A stretch of 64,000 nucleotides of DNA from Thermoplasmatota archaeon. Its GTDB lineage: Archaea > Thermoplasmatota > E2 > JACPAO01 > JAHFTW01. The number at the start of each line of letters is the position of its first letter. The stretch's first letter is position 1. The position numbers and the translations under genes are program-made. The stretch is taken from assembly GCA_041601615.1 (NCBI GenBank), contig JBFIHX010000009.1:1-64000 (forward strand), written 5' to 3'. Under the pieces are notes generated by a model, which was given only the letters and a program-made list of their open reading frames with translations, was not told the origin of the DNA and did no database searches. Shown here in pieces: positions 46,232 through 55,564 of this stretch.

Positions 46232-47137
46232 TCAGGCGCTCGCTGTGGCTTCCTGTCCTACCACCGGCACCCTCCTCCGCACCACCAACCACACCCCCGC
46301 AAACACCGCAACCGCCGCCGGTGCCAGTTTCCAGGTCAACCGCTCATCGAGCAGCCACGCGGCGCTGGATGCGGCAAAAATTGGCTGGAGATAGATGAAG
46401 ACGCCCACGGTGCTGCTTGGCACGCTGCGCAGGGCGGTGTTGTTGAGGACGTAGGCGAGGACCGTGGGACCGATGACGATGAAGGCGACGGCGAGCCAGC
46501 CGGAGCGGGTGGCGGCTTGTGCTTGCACTTCGATGCCTTCCCAGAGTCCAAGGGGCAGGAAGATGACGGCGCCGAAGACGAAGGTCCAGGCGGTGAGACT
46601 GAGGGGGTTGTATTTCTGGGCGTAGGGCTTGCTGTAGACGAGGAAAATCGCGTAGCTGAGTGCATTGAAGAGAATGAACACGTCGCCGAGGGCGGACCGG
46701 GCGCTGGTTTCGAAGCGGCTTAGTCCCACGAGCCAGAGGACTCCGGCTAGGGCGAGGGCGATGCCGGTGGCGCGGCGGGGGCCGAGGGTTTCGCGGCCGC
46801 TGAGGACTGCGATGGCGTAGGTGAACACCGGAATCGTGGTGATGATTAGGGTAGCATTGGTGACGGTGGTCCATTGGAGGCCAATCAGGAACAATCCTTG
46901 GTTGAGGACAATGCCCACGAGCGCCAGAAGTGCTATGGGGCCGCCGTCGAGGCCGATGTCCACGCGGCGCTTGGCGAGGATTCGCTGGGCCACGAGCAAG
47001 AGGGCGCCGGCGAGGACGGTGCGGAAGGTGCCGACCGCGAGGGGTCCGAATTCCTGGAACGCGAACTTGCCGGCGACCGGAAAGAGCCCAAAAAGGACCT
47101 GCACCGAGATCAGGGCCGCCAGGGTGCGCCGCTCCAC
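46232..47137 (-). CDS. DMT/EamA family transporter
   Basis: About ten TM helices in two EamA repeats, GLQWT, GD, YLQP. Confidence 0.9.
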   Translation of the reverse strand: MERRTLAALISVQVLFGLFPVAGKFAFQEFGPLAVGTFRTVLAGALLLVAQRILAKRRVDIGLDGGPIALLALVGIVLNQGLFLIGLQWTTVTNATLIITTIPVFTYAIAVLSGRETLGPRRATGIALALAGVLWLVGLSRFETSARSALGDVFILFNALSYAIFLVYSKPYAQKYNPLSLTAWTFVFGAVIFLPLGLWEGIEVQAQAATRSGWLAVAFIVIGPTVLAYVLNNTALRSVPSSTVGVFIYLQPIFAASSAAWLLDERLTWKLAPAAVAVFAGVWLVVRRRVPVVGQEATASA

Positions 47138-47212
47138 GGAGTCTTCGACGCCGGTTTTGCGGATAAGTCCGTGCCCGCAAGCATCAAACGGCGGCGCCTT
47201 GGTCGATGGTCG

Positions 47213-48247
47213 ATGCGTCTTCTGCCTGCCCTCCTTCTCGTGGTCGCCCTCTCCGGTTGTCTCTCGGGCACTGCGCCCTTGGACGAGGTGTCCGGCCTCA
47301 TCACGGACTGTCCCATGGACGGGGAGGTGACGCTCTATCTTGGGCCCGGTTTCACGTTGTCTCCGGTGCTGCCGGCGGCGGGCTCGGTCGCGGGCAACGG
47401 CTTTGACGAAGCCTTCCTGACGAACGTGATGGACGAGTGGACATCGGCCGTGGTCGTGGATCGCAACGTGCACATCATGGGCAACCTGACGCTGCACTTC
47501 TGGAGCAGAGGCCACGACATGGTCGCTCCCGTCGTCATTGGCGGCGACCCGGGCGAAGGGTACCACTGGTTCAACCAAGTCGGCACCAACCGAGGCTTCG
47601 TGGAGGCGTTTGCCGTCGAGTACGCGCCGATCCGCGACGAGCCCGTGGTGCGCGAGTGGACCGAAACGTTCGCCATGCCCACCGGGGGCCTGTACCTGGA
47701 GCCCGGCGACCACCTGCGCCTGCTGTTGACCAACCTCGTCCTCGACACCCCCACGACCGGCGCCGGCCCCGACATCTTGTTCGGTGGCGACACCCCGAGC
47801 GCCGTGACGTTCCAAGCGCATTGCCGAGCAGTCTGGAGCTGGGACGAAGGCACTCCCGAGACGCACGCCATCTCGATCCCGTTCCACCACGGCCTCCTGA
47901 CGGGTGCTGTGCCTGCCCGCGACGGCCTCAATCACGTGGATGTCCCCTTCACGCTCGCCCCCGACACCGGCCGCCTCACCATCGCCTTGGCGGAAGGTGG
48001 TTCCATCAACCCCACGAAAAACGACATGGACCTTGGGGTGCTCGACGCCGCCGGCAACGAAGTCTGGAGCATCGGCAGCCCCTACGCCGACGACCTAGGC
48101 ACCAAGTGGCCCGCCGATCTTGCCGCCAACATGCCGCCCGGCGACTACACGGTGCGCGTCAACAGCTACAGCGGGGTCGCCTACGAAGGCACCCTGAGCA
48201 TCCAGCAGGACCGTTTAAGCAACAATCCTGGCTCGCCGGCCCCGTGA
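47213..48247 (+). CDS. Lipoprotein with C-terminal PPC-like domain
   Basis: LSGC lipobox; NDMDL..LDAAG and PGDYTVRV motifs. Confidence 0.75.
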   Translation: MRLLPALLLVVALSGCLSGTAPLDEVSGLITDCPMDGEVTLYLGPGFTLSPVLPAAGSVAGNGFDEAFLTNVMDEWTSAVVVDRNVHIMGNLTLHFWSRGHDMVAPVVIGGDPGEGYHWFNQVGTNRGFVEAFAVEYAPIRDEPVVREWTETFAMPTGGLYLEPGDHLRLLLTNLVLDTPTTGAGPDILFGGDTPSAVTFQAHCRAVWSWDEGTPETHAISIPFHHGLLTGAVPARDGLNHVDVPFTLAPDTGRLTIALAEGGSINPTKNDMDLGVLDAAGNEVWSIGSPYADDLGTKWPADLAANMPPGDYTVRVNSYSGVAYEGTLSIQQDRLSNNPGSPAP

Positions 48248-48867
48248 GTCTGCGCGTAGGAGTCCTCGCCGTCCAGGGAGCCGTCAGCGAACACACGGTG
48301 GCCCTCCAGGCCGCAGCCGGCGCCTCCGGCCGCAGCATCGAGGTGGTCTCCGTGCGCGACCCCGAAGACCTCGACGGTGTCAACGGTCTCATCATGCCCG
48401 GTGGCGAATCCACCACCATCAGCCGCCTTCTGCGAAGCTCCGGCCTCCAGGAGGTGATTCTAGCTCGCGGCGGGCATGACCTGGCGTTGTTTGGCACCTG
48501 CGCGGGGATGATCCTGCTCTGCTCCCGTGCCGAGCATGATGTCGCCGACAAGGACATCCGGCTTCTCGGGTTCCTGGACGCGCTCGTGGACCGCAACGCC
48601 TTCGGTCGCCAACGCGAGAGCTTCGAGGCGATGCTGGACGTGGCTGGCGTGGGCTCGATGCCTGCCGTGTTCATCCGCGCCCCCGCCGTGCTCGAACAGA
48701 CCGGCGCCGAGGTGCTTGCGACCGTGGACGGACGCATCGTGGCGCTCCAGCAGGGCCGGATTCTTGCCACCGCGTTCCACCCGGAATTGACGCCGGACAC
48801 GCGCCTTCACGAGCATTTCCTGGACCTCGTCGAAGCCGCTGCGGCCGCGACGGGCACGCCAGGTTAG
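48244..48867 (+). CDS. pdxT: Pyridoxal 5'-phosphate synthase, glutaminase subunit
   Basis: GVLAVQG, PGGEST, GTCAG, RNAFGRQ, FHPEL. Confidence 0.97.
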   Translation: MSLRVGVLAVQGAVSEHTVALQAAAGASGRSIEVVSVRDPEDLDGVNGLIMPGGESTTISRLLRSSGLQEVILARGGHDLALFGTCAGMILLCSRAEHDVADKDIRLLGFLDALVDRNAFGRQRESFEAMLDVAGVGSMPAVFIRAPAVLEQTGAEVLATVDGRIVALQQGRILATAFHPELTPDTRLHEHFLDLVEAAAAATGTPG

Positions 48868-49325
48868 ACGGGCGGCGCATCAAGCTGCACACGACCCCGC
48901 TGCTTGCGAAGCAGGGTCTCAAGGTGGTCCACCGATTTGCGGTAGTTCTCGATCGCCAACTGGAAGTGCGCCTCGGCAAAGTTCCACGCCTTGCCAAGAT
49001 CGCCATAGCGAAGACGGAACGCGCGACGCTTGTCGCCGTCCACTTCGACGTACAGGTCCTCGATGATGTCGAGGTCCTTGAGTTTGTTCAGGTGGCGGTA
49101 GATGCTCGGCATCGTGGTCTCAGCGACTTGAGCCAACTCTTCCACGGTCCATGATTTTTCCGGGTGCAGCAGGAAGCACTCGTAGAACACGCGGTACGAA
49201 ATGCCGTGGTCCGGGCCCTTGCGAGCGGTGTAGCCAATCATTTGGAAAAACAGCTTTGCCAGCCGCTCCGGGTCCGTCTCGCCCGTAAGTGGTGCGTGGC
49301 TCACAACTTGCAACTCGAACGCCAT
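48864..49325 (-). CDS. Winged-helix transcriptional regulator
   Basis: WTVEELAQ...PSIYRHLNKL HTH. Confidence 0.8.
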   Translation of the reverse strand: MAFELQVVSHAPLTGETDPERLAKLFFQMIGYTARKGPDHGISYRVFYECFLLHPEKSWTVEELAQVAETTMPSIYRHLNKLKDLDIIEDLYVEVDGDKRRAFRLRYGDLGKAWNFAEAHFQLAIENYRKSVDHLETLLRKQRGRVQLDAPPV

Positions 49326-49365
49326 GTTCGCGGTCACTCGCAACGCTGTAAAAACAAGTGCGAAA

Positions 49366-50031
49366 TCATCGCGACTTGCCGCGACGCACTGCCCACGCGA
49401 CGGCCGCCAGCAGGACCGCCGTCACAAGCAGCAGAACCGACAAGATTCCGGACTCATCCCAGAAGCCGTCGTCCGCGGGCGCCTGCAACAAGCTTGCGTC
49501 CGAACCATCGGGCTCCGCTGCAACCATGGCCGTATCCGTCTCGTTGCCGGTTGATTCCGGGGCTACCGGTGCAGACTCGGGTTCACCGCCCTCCGATTCC
49601 GGCGGCGCATCTTGGCGCATCTCCTCGGCCCCGGCGGCATTGGGCAAGGTGCCTTCGTCGATTGTGGTCAACGAATGCGATTGCCACCACCATCCGAGGG
49701 CCTGCCCGAACAAGGCCGCACTGCCGCCGGCCGCGAGCACCGAAAGGCCCAGCAGCACGGAGAATGTGGTGGATTCCTGCGGGTGCAGAAGCCGCTGACC
49801 CTGCCACGACAATTCGTAGTAGATCCACTTGCGCCCCTCGTCCAGCTTCTTGACAAGGCCCGTCGTGACGAGCACTTGCAGGTGCTCATGCACGGTCGCC
49901 TTATTGAGATCCAAATCCCGGCTAATCTCCGAAAGCGTCTTGCGGCGCTCGTCGAGCGCCTTCAATACCTGCAAGCGCGAGGTGCTCGCAAGAGCCTTGA
50001 ACGTCTCCAGGTCGAGGGTGACCTTTGCCAC
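49366..50031 (-). CDS. ArsR-family HTH regulator with two TM helices
   Basis: FKALAS..RLQVLKAL...TVHEHL; TM-acidic loop-TM C-terminus. Confidence 0.85.
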   Translation of the reverse strand: MAKVTLDLETFKALASTSRLQVLKALDERRKTLSEISRDLDLNKATVHEHLQVLVTTGLVKKLDEGRKWIYYELSWQGQRLLHPQESTTFSVLLGLSVLAAGGSAALFGQALGWWWQSHSLTTIDEGTLPNAAGAEEMRQDAPPESEGGEPESAPVAPESTGNETDTAMVAAEPDGSDASLLQAPADDGFWDESGILSVLLLVTAVLLAAVAWAVRRGKSR

Positions 50032-50092
50032 GGGTGGATGTGGCGTTGTAGAAGGAAAACGCTTCGCTCGTTGTTGGGTTCTACCCGAACAC

Positions 50093-51448
50093 CTAGACAG
50101 AGAGGTTCACGTCACGGAACCGCAGGCAGGGAATCCTAGCCCCGTCCATCTGCTTGGGCGTATTGCCAATACCATCCAATTGGTTCAGGAGTGCTGGCAA
50201 ATTGCCGCCGATTGCGACCTCAGAGCATGCCCCGACCACCGCGCCGCCCTCGATGCGCCAGACATTGGGGGCCGTGACGGAGAAATCCCCCGTCGTTGCG
50301 TTGGCCGTGTGGGCGCCGAGCACGGAGCCGACGAGGTAGCCGGAGTCGATGCCGGCCACAAGCTCCTCTTCGGGGCGAGATCCACGACCTTCGAGCACGA
50401 GGTGGTGGGTGCCGGTCTCGGGCGGAACGTGGCTGTTGCCGCGCACCGCGCTGTGGGTCGATTTTTGGCCGTGCGCCTGGGCGTCACGGCAGTCGAACAG
50501 GAAGGAGCGCAGAACACCTTCCTCGATGATGGGAAGATGCCGGGTTGGTTGCCCCTCATCGTCAAATGGGGTTCCTCCAAGGGCTCCGGCGATGGTCGGG
50601 TCGTCGTAGAGGCCAAATCGAGCGTCGGCCACTTGTTCGCCAAGCTTGTCGGACCACACCGTCTTGCCACGAAGCGCATCGTCGCCACCTACGGCCGAGA
50701 CAATCAGGCCATTGACAAGCTCTGCCACCGCGTCCGGCCGGAACAACACATCCATAGTGCCACCCGTCGCGTCTCCCGCATTGCGCAAAGACAACACCTC
50801 CTCCGCGACCGCTTGGCCAAGCCCATGCGCGTCCATGCGACCCACATGCAGCCCGGCGCTGTCCCAGGAGTTGACGCTGCGTTCACCCTCGGCAAGAATC
50901 AGATTGATGCCCGCTTGCACATGCGTGCGGCGGTCGGCACAGGCGATGCCTTCGCTGTTAGCAATGGCCAAAATGTCCCAGCCAAGACCCACGCCCCCGC
51001 CGGCCACATGCGCATCCGGCGCCGACTCCTTGGCGCCCTGCATCAAGTCGCGAGCAAGCATCGACGCATGATCCACATCGAGCGCTGCAAGGTCGTCGTC
51101 CCAGCGTCCCGGCAGACTCGGAAGCGCGCCAGGCCCGGGCAGCACGAAGTTCTTCACAGGCGCAAGGCGCGACAAATTCAGAGCACGATCCACTGCGGCG
51201 GCGGCATTGCCTGCGTTGCTAAAGTACGCAAATCCGAGCCGGCCGTCGCGAACAAGCCGCACGCCGCCTCCTTGTCGGTCGCCTCGGCCCGCTGCCGCAA
51301 TCTCATCGTTTTCCAGGTCCAGGTCCACACCGGAACCCAGTTCCCAGTACACTTCGGCGGCATCCGCGCCGGCAGCCATCGCCTTTCGCACAATGTCTTC
51401 GGCTTCGCCCAGCAAGGCGTTCGGATCCATGATTCCCGTATCGCTCAT
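50093..51448 (-). CDS. pmbA: PmbA/TldE family protein
   Basis: PFDDEG, HTANATTGDFS; no HExxGH; coupled to tldD. Confidence 0.9.
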   Translation of the reverse strand: MSDTGIMDPNALLGEAEDIVRKAMAAGADAAEVYWELGSGVDLDLENDEIAAAGRGDRQGGGVRLVRDGRLGFAYFSNAGNAAAAVDRALNLSRLAPVKNFVLPGPGALPSLPGRWDDDLAALDVDHASMLARDLMQGAKESAPDAHVAGGGVGLGWDILAIANSEGIACADRRTHVQAGINLILAEGERSVNSWDSAGLHVGRMDAHGLGQAVAEEVLSLRNAGDATGGTMDVLFRPDAVAELVNGLIVSAVGGDDALRGKTVWSDKLGEQVADARFGLYDDPTIAGALGGTPFDDEGQPTRHLPIIEEGVLRSFLFDCRDAQAHGQKSTHSAVRGNSHVPPETGTHHLVLEGRGSRPEEELVAGIDSGYLVGSVLGAHTANATTGDFSVTAPNVWRIEGGAVVGACSEVAIGGNLPALLNQLDGIGNTPKQMDGARIPCLRFRDVNLSV

Positions 51449-52821
51449 GCGCCACCTCCAACGAGACAATTTTGAATCCGAACAAGCGGCCCGCCGTCGC
51501 ACACGGGCACCCATTGGCCCTTGCCGCAGTACCCCGGATCACCCAGTCGCTGCTTGTTGCCAAGCGCGTCGATGTTGTGGAGCGTGCTCAGAATGTCGCC
51601 CGTGAGCGCCACGTCACGCAGCGGCGTCGTCAACTCGCCATTTTCGATGCGCCACGCGTCCTGGGCATGGAAGAGGAACGTGCCTCGCGCCGTGTCCACT
51701 TGGCCACCGCGGCTGCCCTTGCAGAAAATTCCCTCCTTGACATCCATCACCTCGTCTTCTGCGTGGGATCCGGCGTCGATCATCGTGTTGCTCATGCGCA
51801 CCATGGGCCGACTCTGGAAATCCTGCGCCCGGCTCGCCCCATTGGGGCGCATGCCAAACGTTGCGGCGCGCTCGCGGTCGCAAAGGTACCCAACCAGCAC
51901 ACCGTCGCGCATGATCGGCTTGTCTTGGCCGGGAACTCCATTGTCGTCAAACGGCAACGACCCGAAGGCGCCCTCGATGGTCGAATCGTCGTGGATGTTG
52001 AGGCCGGCCATGCCAAGGCTTTCGCCGACACGGCCCTTGAAGCAGGACTCGCCCGCCGCCACAAGATCAGCCTCCGACGCGTGCCCGACGGCTTCATGGG
52101 CAAAAACGCCCGCCAATTCCGGGTCAATGATCACAGTCTGACGGCCACCCTTGGCCGAAGGCGCGCCCAATTGACGAATGGCCGCTTCGGCTGCTTCTTG
52201 CGCCTTGGCAATCGGGTCTTCGAGCTTGAACAACTCCCAGCCACGGGTGCCGCCGACACGGGAGCTGCGACCGGCAAGATCCGCGCCACGCTTGGCCGTA
52301 AAGTGGACCTGCGCCACAGTGCGCGTCAGGCCCCACTCAATGGCGGATCCTTCCGTGTTCCAGAACGATTTTTGCAGCACCGATTCGGAATAGGACGTGG
52401 TGATGTTCTGGATCTCCTTGCGCTCGCGGACAATGCGGTCCATGTCCGCCAAGAGCTCCCGCTTTTCCTCAATGGGAATGTCACGCGGGTCCAATTTGGG
52501 CTTCCAAAACACACGCGCCTTCGTCGGCTCCGCATCCGCCAAGACCACTTTCTCCTTGCGGCCAGAAGCGGCACGGGCCAATCGAACCGCGTCCGCCACG
52601 GCGCGTTGCCAACTGGCACTGGAAAGATCATTGCTGCTGGCAAAGCCCCAGGCGCCGTCCACGAGGACACGGAGGCCAAAACCGGTCTCCTCGCCCGCAA
52701 CGAGGGTACGCAACTCGCCGTCCTGGACCTGAATTTTCTGGTCTTCGGTCGTCTCCACGCGTACATCCGCGTACGAGGCGCCGGCGTCCAGGCATCGTTC
52801 CAGGGAGCGTTCGGGGTCCAC
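51445..52821 (-). CDS. tldD: TldD family metalloprotease
   Basis: HEAVGHASEAD, RMSNT, CGKGQ. Confidence 0.93.
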   Translation of the reverse strand: MDPERSLERCLDAGASYADVRVETTEDQKIQVQDGELRTLVAGEETGFGLRVLVDGAWGFASSNDLSSASWQRAVADAVRLARAASGRKEKVVLADAEPTKARVFWKPKLDPRDIPIEEKRELLADMDRIVRERKEIQNITTSYSESVLQKSFWNTEGSAIEWGLTRTVAQVHFTAKRGADLAGRSSRVGGTRGWELFKLEDPIAKAQEAAEAAIRQLGAPSAKGGRQTVIIDPELAGVFAHEAVGHASEADLVAAGESCFKGRVGESLGMAGLNIHDDSTIEGAFGSLPFDDNGVPGQDKPIMRDGVLVGYLCDRERAATFGMRPNGASRAQDFQSRPMVRMSNTMIDAGSHAEDEVMDVKEGIFCKGSRGGQVDTARGTFLFHAQDAWRIENGELTTPLRDVALTGDILSTLHNIDALGNKQRLGDPGYCGKGQWVPVCDGGPLVRIQNCLVGGGA

Positions 52822-53151
52822 GCCGTCGCACGTCGGGTGGGTGGTATGGTCGTTGTGCCTGGGGAACCGGGGCGCAAGCAAGCGCAATACGCCATTGTTT
52901 GGCACTTGCGAGGGCCGCCTTTGACCCACAATTGCGCGTTCTTTCTCTGAGGAATTCCTCGATCCATCAAGGGCCATGTGCCCACCCCGTGCAGGAGCAA
53001 GAGCTTCGGGAGACGCCCGCGACCACCGGGGCCGCATGTGCCGGAGGCGGCGGAAAGTGCCGAGGCCCGCTTCGCACCCCTCCTTCGCGAAACCATCGTC
53101 CAGATGCTTCTGAGAAGGCGAAGTGAAGTAGTCGAAAGCCGATGCCATGTC

Positions 53152-55335
53152 GTGAAGGCGCTGGCCATCGTTGCTTCATGGAGTAGCGGCCACCCGTGGC
53201 TCGCCGTCCTGGTCGTTCTTGGCCTCACCGCCGGCCTCGGAGCAGGCTTTGCCCAGGCAGAATCGGGTCGAGTCATTGACCAATTCATCCCAGATGATCT
53301 TGCAGCAGTAGAAACCCGCGACCGCATCGAAGCGACCTTTGGAGCCTCGGAGCCAGCGTTCGTACTATTGCGCTCGGACGACCCCGGCGCGCCGGACCTC
53401 ATTCGCGCCATCGCGGCAATGGATGCAGAGCTCTCCCGCGACGCGCTTGTCTCGGACGTCGCAAGCATCGCAGACCACGTACCCACCGAAGGCAAATCAG
53501 ACGCCGAAATCCAAGCCGCCTGGAATGAAGCAAAGGCAAGGCCGGACATCGCGGGCGCCTTCATCCGCGACGATGCCACCCTCGTGCGCGTATCGTACCA
53601 AGTCAACTTGGAACCCGAAGCCATCACCGCAAGCCTCGATGCCGCCACAGCCAACATCCAAGTTCCCGGCGTCACCGTGCAACCGGCGGGCCTCGCCTAC
53701 TTGGAGCAAGCCCAATCGGAAGGCGGCGCCCAAGACGTGCAATTTCTGTTGCCCCTCTCGGTCGTCGTCATCGCCGTAATCCTCGCCATCCTATTCCGGC
53801 GGCCGGCCGACGTGGTGATTCCCATCGCAACAACGTTCGTGGCACTAGCATGGGCCTACGGCATCCTCACCTGGGCCCAAATGCCCCTCTCGCCGCTGGT
53901 GTTCAGCGTCATGCCCCTCATTCTGGGCCTCGGCGTGGACTACATGCTCCACATCGTCTACGCCTTCCGCGCCACCGGCAAAGGGCCCCACCCAGCGCGG
54001 TTTGCCCAAGTGGGAGAACGCATCGGCGCGCCCGTCTTCTTCACCGCAATCACGACGCTGATTGGTTTCGGGAGCTTCCTTGTGAGCCGCATCCCACAAG
54101 TTCGATCCTGGGGCCTCCTCCTCGGCGGCGGCGCCTTGTCCGCCTTCATTCTCGGATTCCTACTCCTACCCGCCCTGTACCGGCTCAGCCGAGAGCCCCG
54201 CCGCGAACTCCTCAGCACGCACCGATTCCTCGGCCAGCTCGGTGCCTTCCTTGTTCGCCGGCGCGTCTGGGTGCTCGCCGTACTGGGCGTCGCTACCCTC
54301 GGACTCGGTGCCGCCGCGACCCAAGTAGACTTCGAGCGCCAATTGGAAGTCGATGTGGACGAAAACGACCCCGCATCCAGCGCCCTGAATGACATCGAGG
54401 AGCGCTTCGGCGGACAAAGCATCGTGCAGTTTCTAGTACCCCGAAGTGCAGGCCCTACGGCGCTCGAAGCCCTCGAAGCAGACGTGGCAGCTATCCAAGG
54501 AATCGGATTCGTCGACGGCCCCGCAACCCGAATCACCAACAGCCAAGGCAACCCCGACGGGTACCCCGCCAACGACCCCCGACTGGAAGGCGTCAGTTCC
54601 GCCAACGCTTGGCTTGTCTCAGCCGGGTACGCAACCAACGAAGAACGAGACTTGCTGCCCCTATTGGAAGCAACCAGCGACGAACACGGAGCCCAAATCA
54701 CCGGCCGAGGCTACATCCAAATCGAAGCCGAAGGCGCCGTCCTCGACAGCCTCCTTCTCAGCACCGGAGTCGCCTTCGGACTCGTGCTCCTGCTCCTCCT
54801 ATTGATCTTCCGTCGCCCCGGGCCCGCCCTGCTCGCCTTCACGCCATTAGCCCTGGTCATCGTCTGGCAACTCGGGATCCAATCCCTCGTCGGCATACCC
54901 CTCAACTCCGTCACAGGCATCACCGCCGCCATGGTCATCGGCATCGGCGTCGACTACTCCCTGCACTTGATGAGCGACGTCCAACGCAACCGAAAAGCCG
55001 GCCACGACGGACCCACGAGCGCCATCGAAGCCGTCCAACACGTCGGCCAACCCGTCCTCGCCGGCACCATCACCACCGTCCTCGCCTTCACCGTCCTCGC
55101 CTTCTCGCAACTTTCCCAATTGCAACAATTTGGCACCGTCGCAGCCATCGTCGTCACCTGCGCCTTCATCGTCACCATGGGCCTCATCCCCGCCATCGTC
55201 GCATTCCAAGGCGGAAGCAAATCATACGCAGTTCGAGGCATGGCAGAAGGAACACCCGGCGCCACCATCACACCCCGATTCGACGACCCAGACGTGCAGG
55301 AATGGTACGAGGAGACCGTGCGGAGGGGGGAGTAG
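53152..55335 (+). CDS. MMPL/RND family transporter
   Basis: Two repeats with GLGVDY and GIGVDY, TT..GF motifs. Confidence 0.9.
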   Translation: MKALAIVASWSSGHPWLAVLVVLGLTAGLGAGFAQAESGRVIDQFIPDDLAAVETRDRIEATFGASEPAFVLLRSDDPGAPDLIRAIAAMDAELSRDALVSDVASIADHVPTEGKSDAEIQAAWNEAKARPDIAGAFIRDDATLVRVSYQVNLEPEAITASLDAATANIQVPGVTVQPAGLAYLEQAQSEGGAQDVQFLLPLSVVVIAVILAILFRRPADVVIPIATTFVALAWAYGILTWAQMPLSPLVFSVMPLILGLGVDYMLHIVYAFRATGKGPHPARFAQVGERIGAPVFFTAITTLIGFGSFLVSRIPQVRSWGLLLGGGALSAFILGFLLLPALYRLSREPRRELLSTHRFLGQLGAFLVRRRVWVLAVLGVATLGLGAAATQVDFERQLEVDVDENDPASSALNDIEERFGGQSIVQFLVPRSAGPTALEALEADVAAIQGIGFVDGPATRITNSQGNPDGYPANDPRLEGVSSANAWLVSAGYATNEERDLLPLLEATSDEHGAQITGRGYIQIEAEGAVLDSLLLSTGVAFGLVLLLLLLIFRRPGPALLAFTPLALVIVWQLGIQSLVGIPLNSVTGITAAMVIGIGVDYSLHLMSDVQRNRKAGHDGPTSAIEAVQHVGQPVLAGTITTVLAFTVLAFSQLSQLQQFGTVAAIVVTCAFIVTMGLIPAIVAFQGGSKSYAVRGMAEGTPGATITPRFDDPDVQEWYEETVRRGE

Positions 55336-55479
55336 GTCGTCGCAGGCGGACGGCGCGGGGAAGGGCAACAATCATCGAGCAATTGCACACCGCTACGAGG
55401 GAGTTCGGGAAGGGCGAGGTTGGCAAAGGTGGCAGATCATAATCCCCGGGGCCCGTTCCAATTCGAATACGAAGTGCCT

Positions 55480-55541
55480 GCTTAATGATTGAGCTAACTC
55501 GCCGCGCCGAAGGTGGAGCCGGGTTGAGTGACTTGTTAAGC
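55480..55541 (-). mobile_element. Integron attC-like site 1 (62 nt, R' mutated)
   Basis: Minus strand reads GCTTAAC-AAGTC-ACTCAACC...AGTTAGC-TCAATC-ATTAAGC, the canonical R''-5nt-L''...L'-6nt-R' layout, 23 nt after the hsdR stop. Confidence 0.75.
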
Positions 55542-55564
55542 CGTTTTCATCACGGGGCAACCTT

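Noticed and set aside
50093-52821. TldD/PmbA as part of a peptide natural-product cluster
   Set aside because: A common housekeeping pair with no adjacent precursor or modifying enzymes.
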